From positions 1 to 26,813 of IMG/VR virus record IMGVR_UViG_3300003375_000119: 26,813 nucleotides of DNA. One strand, given 5' to 3'. The DNA is from a virus. Taxonomy: Duplodnaviria; Caudoviricetes. The notes beneath the pieces were generated by a model. That model searched no databases, was not told the origin of the DNA, and saw only the letters and a list, made by a program, of their open reading frames with translations. This document shows, one piece after another, positions 8,210 through 14,848 of the stretch (its first letter is position 1; every line of letters starts with the position of its first letter). A program made the translations under genes and the position numbers.

Positions 8210-8563
8210 ATGGCTGAAGATAAGAAAACTGTCGCCCCTACAGCGCCTTGGCTCGCTGGTGGTACTGCTGCGGCACCCATTGCGCAAATTGCGCCCCTGC
8301 CGGCCCCTGCCGGCCCCGCAACCCCTGACGTCCCTGCTCCTGTAGTGCTTACCGCTGCGATCGCGGCTACTAAGGCAGCTGACAGCGCACCTAGCCCCGA
8401 GCTGGTTGACGACGTGATCGTTACCGTGCCCAAGGCATTCCAATTGCGCTTGGACAATTTCACGCTCAAGGTATTCAAGGCTGGCGTGCAGCGCATGGAG
8501 CGGAGGATGGCCACGCATTGGTACGCCATCGCTCACGGTGTTTCCATCTTCGAAGACAAGTAA
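8210..8563 (+). CDS. Small head-associated phage protein (STY1053-like C-terminal domain) with Pro/Ala-rich N-terminus
   Basis: GGAG SD before ATG 8210. C-terminal [10 protein letters not shown]...FKAG...ATHWYAIAH pattern, recalled as typical of the gene following DUF2184 capsids. Confidence 0.65.
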   Translation: MAEDKKTVAPTAPWLAGGTAAAPIAQIAPLPAPAGPATPDVPAPVVLTAAIAATKAADSAPSPELVDDVIVTVPKAFQLRLDNFTLKVFKAGVQRMERRMATHWYAIAHGVSIFEDK

Positions 8564-8576
8564 TAAGGAGCATCCC

Positions 8577-8807
8577 ATGCCTTTAATCCAAAGCGGAAGT
8601 AAAGAAGCAGTGTCTGAAAACATTGCTACTGAAATCAAGGCGGGTAAAGACCCGAAACAGGCGGCTGCAATTGCTTACAGCACTCAGCGCCAAAACAAGG
8701 ACTACGAACCAATGGCTTTGCAGGTTGCACCCGATGGAATGACGGTGCAGGACATCAACCAAGCAAACCGGAAGTTCTGGAAGAACGCTGGTGGGGAGCA
8801 ATCATAA
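8577..8807 (+). CDS. Small phage protein (MPL..G.S...SENI..E..AGK...QAAAIA domain) with scaffold-like C-terminal tail
   Basis: AAGGAG SD before ATG 8577; 76 aa. The stop overlaps the next start (TAATG). Confidence 0.75.
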   Translation: MPLIQSGSKEAVSENIATEIKAGKDPKQAAAIAYSTQRQNKDYEPMALQVAPDGMTVQDINQANRKFWKNAGGEQS

Positions 8808-9796
8808 TGGCTATTCATATTCATTTGGCGCGTGCTGCTAAACCTGTCCGCGATGCGACGCAACCTAGCGTTGGCGAAAAGGTGATGTGCAATGGTTATC
8901 CCGGAATTATTAGAAAAGTCCATACCGGGCAACTTTCGGGAATGGTTGATGTCAAACTGGAAAGCGGCACAGTTACTGTTGAGCATAGCTCTCTTAAACC
9001 TGTCCGCGATGCTGCGCCGAGAAAGGCTAATTTTGCAATCGACGATATTGCAATCGGAGGAACTGTTATCTACAAGGACGGTGACACTTTTCGCATGAGT
9101 AAGGCAGTGAGCAAGACTGGAATGAAAGTCAAACTCGCCAACGGAAAAGAGGTTTCTGTTGGCGATGTATGGTCCACTGATGCTTCTGACTGGAATTCTT
9201 TTCGAGACAGCAAGTCCAAAGACGCTGCTTTGAAAAGTTCGTTTGGCACTGCCGCTGAACACCAAGCAGAAGCACGCAAGCTCAAGGCTGCTGGAAATGC
9301 AGAAGCTGCAAAGCACCATGAGCGCGCCGCCTCTGTGTTGCAACAAGCCGAACAGGAATACAAGAATTCCAATCGTGCGGACGAGGCAACTAAGCAGCAT
9401 GGCGTCAAGCAATTGCTGGAGACTGCTGAAAAGCATGTTCAGGCTGCTCGCGGTGCAACCAAAGATTCCGTTGAATCCGTGGAAAAGGAAATCCGCACCC
9501 AGCAACGTCTCATTGATGTTGCAAAGCGCATGGGCAAGGATGTTCCTGGACAGGTTATGCAACGCATGGCGTTCTTGAAAGAAGAACTGGAAAAAGCAAA
9601 GAACCCGCGGACGGACAGTGTGAAGGACGCATCCTCTATTGAAGCAAGGGCTGAAGCACGTTTTCTTGAAAGTGCGCTTGTAGATCTTATACGAAAATCG
9701 AACGAACTTGCTATAGAATTCCAACAACTACCTGAAGGTAAGACGTTCAAGACATTTTCGCAAGAGTTGCGGGTGCTTCGTGGCCTTCTTCGTTAA
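8807..9796 (+). CDS. Hypothetical modular protein (putative polyprotein) with N-terminal IHIH motif
   Basis: 329 aa, coupled to the previous gene by TAATG. Starts MAIHIHL. About five modules are separated by VRDA, VRDA, RDSKSKDA, TKDS and TDSVKDA. Confidence 0.8.
   Translation: MAIHIHLARAAKPVRDATQPSVGEKVMCNGYPGIIRKVHTGQLSGMVDVKLESGTVTVEHSSLKPVRDAAPRKANFAIDDIAIGGTVIYKDGDTFRMSKAVSKTGMKVKLANGKEVSVGDVWSTDASDWNSFRDSKSKDAALKSSFGTAAEHQAEARKLKAAGNAEAAKHHERAASVLQQAEQEYKNSNRADEATKQHGVKQLLETAEKHVQAARGATKDSVESVEKEIRTQQRLIDVAKRMGKDVPGQVMQRMAFLKEELEKAKNPRTDSVKDASSIEARAEARFLESALVDLIRKSNELAIEFQQLPEGKTFKTFSQELRVLRGLLR
8839..9012 (+). repeat. 18-nt exact direct repeat TAAACCTGTCCGCGATGC (8839-8856 and 8995-9012)
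   Basis: Read directly from the sequence. The copies are 156 nt (52 codons) apart and both encode KPVRDA. Confidence 0.92.
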
Positions 9797-9798
9797 CT

Positions 9799-10269
9799 AT
9801 GACTTCCCCCGTCGACATCACCACGTTCCGAACGGACTATCCAGAATTCGGGTCTGCTAGTACCTATCCTGATTCGTTAGTCACGTTCTGGTTAGCGTTC
9901 GCTTACAGCATGTTGAGTCCTACCCGCTGGGGTAGGCAGCTTGACATCGCTGCAGAGCTCTACGTGGCCCATAACCTGGCTCTGGAAGCCCGTGCGCAGC
10001 GTGAAGCAGCTAACGGCGCAATCCCAGGCGGGTCAGTTGGCGTTCTGTCAAACAAGTCTGTTGACAAAGTGAGCGCGGGTTACGATGTCGGATCCAGTAC
10101 CGAAGCCAAGGGTGGACACTGGAATCTGACCATTTATGGGACACGCTTGTATCGCATGATGAAAATGTTCGGTGCTGGCCCCATTACCATTGGCGGTGGC
10201 ATTGCGCCTCCAAACAGCGGCGCAGCATGGCCTGGACCCAGCACATTGCCCGGATTTACTAACTTCTAA
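9799..10269 (+). CDS. Head-to-tail adaptor (DUF4054 family)
   Basis: Motifs FRTDYPEF, LYVAHNL, NKSVDKVSAGYD and WNLTIYGTRLY, plus gene order. Confidence 0.85.
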   Translation: MTSPVDITTFRTDYPEFGSASTYPDSLVTFWLAFAYSMLSPTRWGRQLDIAAELYVAHNLALEARAQREAANGAIPGGSVGVLSNKSVDKVSAGYDVGSSTEAKGGHWNLTIYGTRLYRMMKMFGAGPITIGGGIAPPNSGAAWPGPSTLPGFTNF

Positions 10270-10282
10270 GTGACCACACATT

Positions 10283-10546
10283 ATGACAATTCACATCCAT
10301 ATCCATAAGGCGCGGGACGCTGCAAATTCAATTGACAAAGCGAAGAAGGCTATTGAAAAATTGGTCAAGGCTAACAAAGATGTTCGTTCTCCACTTGGCT
10401 GGGTAGGAAAAGAATTGAAGATAGAAATGAGGGATGGTGAAAACGCATACATCAAGTTTGAGGTCAACGATGCTGACACCAAGTACCGAATTGTTTCAAC
10501 GATGAATGGTTTTGCAGACCTTCGCGGCAAAACATTCGATCTGTAA
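10283..10546 (+). CDS. Hypothetical protein with N-terminal IHIHIH...RDA motif
   Basis: 87 aa, starts MTIHIHIHKARDAA. It fills the gap between two conserved neck genes and overlaps the next gene by TAATG. Confidence 0.78.
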   Translation: MTIHIHIHKARDAANSIDKAKKAIEKLVKANKDVRSPLGWVGKELKIEMRDGENAYIKFEVNDADTKYRIVSTMNGFADLRGKTFDL

Positions 10547-11031
10547 TGAAAAACGCTGCCAAGCTACTTATGAACAATTTCCCAACCTTCAGGGCGTCGC
10601 TTGACAATCTGAAGGCGGAAGTGTTGGTGGGTGTACCGGCGGAAAAAGCAGGTCGCAAGGGTGAAGGTGAAATGAATAATGCAACGATCGCCTACATTCA
10701 GGACAACGGCAGCGCAGCAGCTAATATCCCTGCACGACCATTTATGCGCCCGGGCATTATGTCCGTCAAGGGTAACATTGCGATCGCATTGGAAAAGGGC
10801 GCTAGGGGCGCAATACACGGTGAAAAGTTAGCGGTAGACAAGGCATTGAACATTGCGGGGTTAACCGCTCAAAGCGCCATCCGCGGTAAAATCAATGAAG
10901 GCATTGCGCCAGAGTTAGCGGAGAGCACTTTGGCGGCACGTCGCGCCCGTGGTCGCACTGGTACGAAACCTCTGGTTGATACCGGGCAACTCCGCAATTC
11001 GATCAATTATGTAATACGGGAAAAGAAGTAA
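10546..11031 (+). CDS. Neck / tail-completion protein
   Basis: Motifs VLVGVP, IPARPFMRPG and KPLVDTGQLRNSINY, plus gene order. Confidence 0.8.
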   Translation: MKNAAKLLMNNFPTFRASLDNLKAEVLVGVPAEKAGRKGEGEMNNATIAYIQDNGSAAANIPARPFMRPGIMSVKGNIAIALEKGARGAIHGEKLAVDKALNIAGLTAQSAIRGKINEGIAPELAESTLAARRARGRTGTKPLVDTGQLRNSINYVIREKK

Positions 11032-11411
11032 TGCCCTTCCTTGATGTCTCTGATATTGTGCTTGATCCGGATTTCGCTGACAGTTTTAGCGTGATCCGTA
11101 GGGCGCAAGTAGTCGCGAACAATGGTGTGGTTAGCAGTACCGAAACCACGTTTGCGAATATCATTGGTGTCGTTACAATGAGCAGCCCTAACGACCTTGA
11201 GCGGAAAGACGATTACCAGTTCATGACCCGTAGTATCACCGTCGTTTGCAAATTTGCTCTGCAAGGTGCGGTGACAGGTTATCAGCCCGATATCATTTTG
11301 TGGCGCGGGCAGCGGCACCTAGTGAAGCACGTTTCGCCATATCCACATTTTGGGCAAGGGTTTTACGAAGCTGAATGTAGCAGCATGGACAACACTGAAG
11401 GACCTGTATGA
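11031..11411 (+). CDS. Head-closure / head-tail connector protein
   Basis: MPFLDVSDIVLDPDFAD start and PDIILWRG motif. Coupled by TAATG; position in the neck module. Confidence 0.72.
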   Translation: MPFLDVSDIVLDPDFADSFSVIRRAQVVANNGVVSSTETTFANIIGVVTMSSPNDLERKDDYQFMTRSITVVCKFALQGAVTGYQPDIILWRGQRHLVKHVSPYPHFGQGFYEAECSSMDNTEGPV

Positions 11412-11737
11412 GCATTCATATTCACATCCATGACACCGCGTACGACCCAGCAGTCGTCAACGTGCCTCTTAGCAAGCGTGGAAACATCAACAACGAGCTT
11501 GATAAATATAAGCGTGAGCAGGCAGAAAAGAAGGCAGTTGAAGCAAAGACGCAAGCTGTGAAGACAAAGGAATTGAAAGCGCAAGCAAAGCAACTCCTGG
11601 CAGAATACGAAGCAAAGATTATTGAACGCCATGGGCCAAAATTCGGAGCAGCAAAATTGAAAGCCATGCTGACAGATTGGTCTAAATGGGAACCCGCAAA
11701 ACTTATTTCGTTCATTGAAAAGTTTAAGCGGGAATAA
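11408..11737 (+). CDS. Hypothetical Lys/Glu-rich helical protein with N-terminal IHIHIHD motif
   Basis: 109 aa, starts MSIHIHIHDTAYD. ATGA overlap with the previous gene. Confidence 0.78.
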   Translation: MSIHIHIHDTAYDPAVVNVPLSKRGNINNELDKYKREQAEKKAVEAKTQAVKTKELKAQAKQLLAEYEAKIIERHGPKFGAAKLKAMLTDWSKWEPAKLISFIEKFKRE

Positions 11738-11739
11738 TA

Positions 11740-12312
11740 ATGAGCAACACGAGCGCCACAGGTGGTTATTTAACCCCATCAACTACAGCATTGGAAGGTC
11801 AGGCGCTGCTTGATTTTTTCCAGGCCTGGTTAGTTGGCTTGACAAATTTGGCGCCCACTAACGTCCGACCCCGTTGGCAGCGCGAGCCCGGGAATATACC
11901 GCTTGAAACTGCAGACTGGATTGCGTTTGGAATAGCGCGGCGGGAATCTGATGTTTTTACGGCGGAAGTATATACCGCTTCAAACCCTGGCTATAATGAA
12001 ACCCGACGGCATGAGATATTGAATTTCGCAGTTTCAATCTACGGTCCCAACGCAGACGCGACAGCGCAGCAACTTCGAGAAGGAATGCAGATAACGCAGA
12101 ACCTTGAACCGCTGAATGTTGCTTCGATGGGCCTTATTGATAGCGGTGATTTGATAACGCTGCCAGAGTTGGTAAAAGACAAGTGGTATTATCGGATTGA
12201 CTTTACTTTCCGGATACGACGGCAGGTTGTGACGGGATACGCGGTGCAGAGAATTGCATCCAGTAACGTGCAATTGAACAATGAGCATTATGTGACGAAC
12301 ATTAACGTCTGA
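11740..12312 (+). CDS. Tail terminator / neck protein
   Basis: Motifs MSNTSATGGYL, VRPRWQ, SIYGPNA and WYYRIDF. It immediately precedes the sheath gene. Confidence 0.75.
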   Translation: MSNTSATGGYLTPSTTALEGQALLDFFQAWLVGLTNLAPTNVRPRWQREPGNIPLETADWIAFGIARRESDVFTAEVYTASNPGYNETRRHEILNFAVSIYGPNADATAQQLREGMQITQNLEPLNVASMGLIDSGDLITLPELVKDKWYYRIDFTFRIRRQVVTGYAVQRIASSNVQLNNEHYVTNINV

Positions 12313-12323
12313 AGGAAAATAGT

Positions 12324-13817
12324 ATGACCTCCGCTTTATCCATTTCCCGCCTTGTCAACGTACAAGTCAATCTTGCGCCCAACGGCGCACAGACCCAAAA
12401 CATTTCCACTCTACTGGTGCTGGGTTCAAGCCCGGTCATTGACACGGTTGAACGCTTCCGCAGTTACCAAAGCATTTCCGCAGTCGCTGGGGACTTTGGC
12501 ACAACGGCGCCTGAGTACCTTGCTGCATTGCTGTACTTCCAACAATCGCCGCAGCCCATTACCTTGCAGATTGGACGCTGGGCAAACGCCGCTGTAGGCG
12601 GTTTGTTGCGTTGCGCTCCCCTTACTACCGCCTACAGCGCGATCGCTGCATGGACGGCGATTACAGCAGGCAGCTTCGCCGTTACCGTTGACGGTACAGT
12701 ACGCACGCTCCCCGCACTCAACTTTGCAGCCCAGACGAATCTGAATGGTGTGGCAAGCGTTATCCAGACCGCACTGTCTGCGCTGTCCGCTGGCGCAACA
12801 GTTGTCTATGATTCGGTGTTCAACCGCTTCACCATCACAAGTGGCACAACTGGCGCAGCTTCTACAGTTTCGTTCCTTACCGCAACAGGTAGCGGCACTG
12901 ACATTTCTGCAGCGCTGGGTGGCCTTAGCAGCTCAAGCGGTGCGTATGCTGCGCCCGGTATTGTGGCAGAAACCGCGCTGGCATGCGTAGCACTGTTTGA
13001 CACCAATTACGGCCAAGGCTGGTACGCTGCAACCGTTATTGGCGCAACGGATGCTGACCATGTTGCTGTCGGTTCGTTTATCGAAGCGACTACCAACAAA
13101 CACATCTACGGCATCAGTACCCAAGCGGGTGGCGTGTTGTCCAGCGTTAGCACTACGGATATCGCTTATCTTGTGCAAGCGCTCGCATTGAAACGAACTG
13201 TAGTGCAGTATTCCAGTTCGACCGCCTACGCAGTTTGTTCATTGCTGGGCCGCATACTGACAGTGAATTACAGTGCCAACAACACGGTGATCACACTGAT
13301 GTATAAGCAGGAACCGGGCATTGTGCCTGAAACCCTGAACGCAACACAGATCACAAATCTGGAAGCGAAGAATGCGAATGTGTTTGTTGCATATAACAAC
13401 AGCACCGCAATCATTGAACGCGGCACGGTTGCAAGTGGTGATTTCCTTGATGTCATTATTGGCACAGATTGGTTGGCACTGAACATCCAGACCGCGCTCT
13501 ATAACCTGCTTTATACGAGCAACACCAAGATCCCGCAAACCGACGCCGGAACGAATATGCTGGTGACCACAATTGAAGGGATTTGCTCCCTTGGTGTGGT
13601 TAACGGCCTAATGGCACCGGGCGTCTGGACTACAGGCGGTTTCGGTGCTTTGTCGATGGGTGACTTTATGCCCAAAGGCTTTTATGTCTACGCCCCTCCT
13701 GTAGCTACGCAACTGGCGACTGACCGCGCTGCTCGCAAATCCGTCACCATTCAAGTGGCGGTGAAATTGGCTGGCGCAATTCACACCATCAACACAATCA
13801 TCAACGTCAACCCTTAA
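12324..13817 (+). CDS. Contractile tail sheath protein (DUF3383)
   Basis: 497 aa. Motifs ISRLVNV, DFGTTAPEY..A..YF.QSPQP, TLMYKQEPG, KIPQTDAG and DRAARKS...AGAIH. Confidence 0.92.
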   Translation: MTSALSISRLVNVQVNLAPNGAQTQNISTLLVLGSSPVIDTVERFRSYQSISAVAGDFGTTAPEYLAALLYFQQSPQPITLQIGRWANAAVGGLLRCAPLTTAYSAIAAWTAITAGSFAVTVDGTVRTLPALNFAAQTNLNGVASVIQTALSALSAGATVVYDSVFNRFTITSGTTGAASTVSFLTATGSGTDISAALGGLSSSSGAYAAPGIVAETALACVALFDTNYGQGWYAATVIGATDADHVAVGSFIEATTNKHIYGISTQAGGVLSSVSTTDIAYLVQALALKRTVVQYSSSTAYAVCSLLGRILTVNYSANNTVITLMYKQEPGIVPETLNATQITNLEAKNANVFVAYNNSTAIIERGTVASGDFLDVIIGTDWLALNIQTALYNLLYTSNTKIPQTDAGTNMLVTTIEGICSLGVVNGLMAPGVWTTGGFGALSMGDFMPKGFYVYAPPVATQLATDRAARKSVTIQVAVKLAGAIHTINTIINVNP

Positions 13818-13827
13818 GAGGTAAACA

Positions 13828-14271
13828 ATGTCCACATATAGTTTCTTGAATGTGAATGCGGCCATTGTTGGCCCGGGCGGTGCTGTCAATCTGGCGCAGG
13901 GCGCAGGTGTAGCGGATGAGGGTATTACCATTGACGCGCACGAAGACATCGATACGATGACCATTGGTGCTGACGGTACGCCCATGCACAGCCTGCACGC
14001 TAACAAGTCCGGCAGCGTGACGATCCGTCTGCTCAAAACTTCGCCTGTGAACCAGAAGCTGGCGCAGATGTATGCGTTCCAAACTGCAAGCGGTGCAAAC
14101 CACGGACAGAATACGATTTCATTGTCCAACAGCTATACCCAGGACAGCGTGACATGCCAGCAGGTTGCATTCCGCAAACGTCCGACGCTGACTTATGGCA
14201 AGGAAGCAGGTATGAATGAATGGACGTTCAACGCCGGTATTATTGACTTCGCATTAGGTTCGACGAGCTAA
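13828..14271 (+). CDS. Tail tube protein (DUF3277)
   Basis: Motifs MSTYSF, MTIGADG, SGSVTIRLLKTSPVN and EWTF. Follows the sheath gene; GAGG SD. Confidence 0.88.
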   Translation: MSTYSFLNVNAAIVGPGGAVNLAQGAGVADEGITIDAHEDIDTMTIGADGTPMHSLHANKSGSVTIRLLKTSPVNQKLAQMYAFQTASGANHGQNTISLSNSYTQDSVTCQQVAFRKRPTLTYGKEAGMNEWTFNAGIIDFALGSTS

Positions 14272-14272
14272 T

Positions 14273-14689
14273 ATGACCGATATTACAATTGGTGAAAAAC
14301 AGTTTGTCATTAGTGGCAAACTTGATGCCTTTAGCCAACTGCACGTTGCTCGCAAATTGGGACCAGCGATCCCAATTATCGAAGGCCTAATTGGCGTGCG
14401 CAATGCTGACAAGGACAAGAGTATTCTCACCGTTCTTATGCTTTCGCATATCAGCGATGCGGATACCGATTTTGTGATGCGCAAGTGTTTGTCATTGGTG
14501 TACCGGAAGCAAGGCGAAACAAGCAAGCCTGCCAAAGTGCAAGCGCAAGACGGATCGTTGATGTTTGATGACATTACACTATCCGAAATGTTGCAACTCA
14601 CCGTGACTGTTATTGAAGAGAACCTTGGCGATTTTTTTCGTACAGCCCTCGCCAATTTGGATCAGGAAGTAACAGCAAAGACCTCGTAA
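14273..14689 (+). CDS. Tail assembly chaperone (gpG-like)
   Basis: Motifs KLDAFSQLHVARK, LMFDDI and ENLGDFF. Lies between tube and tape measure, with a T7 slippery run at 14632-14638. Confidence 0.8.
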   Translation: MTDITIGEKQFVISGKLDAFSQLHVARKLGPAIPIIEGLIGVRNADKDKSILTVLMLSHISDADTDFVMRKCLSLVYRKQGETSKPAKVQAQDGSLMFDDITLSEMLQLTVTVIEENLGDFFRTALANLDQEVTAKTS

Positions 14690-14691
14690 GC

Positions 14692-14847
14692 ATGAGCGGC
14701 GGGGGAGATTGGTTATTTCGTCCTGTTCTGCGGGGGCTTTGCAAGTATGAATCGCTAGTGGATGGGACACTAGGAATTTACGACGTGGCGCGGCTTAATG
14801 AAGCGCTAGATGTAGAAATGGAAAACCAGAGGCGCATGGCGCAATAA
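14692..14847 (+). CDS. Tail assembly chaperone second part (gpT-like, DUF6889-like), probably reached by a -1 frameshift; absent from the ORF track
   Basis: Hand-translated as MSGGGDWLFRPVLRGLCKYESLVDGTLGIYDVARLNEALDVEMENQRRMAQ. It is in the -1 frame of the upstream gene and is open back to the slippery site. Confidence 0.8.
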   Translation: MSGGGDWLFRPVLRGLCKYESLVDGTLGIYDVARLNEALDVEMENQRRMAQ

Positions 14848-14848
14848 A

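Noticed and set aside
8702-9727. 341-aa minus-strand ORF opposite the putative polyprotein
   Set aside because: Its Phe/Leu/Ser/Cys-rich composition is what the antisense of a Lys/Glu/Ala-rich gene produces. The + strand ORF is coupled to its neighbours.
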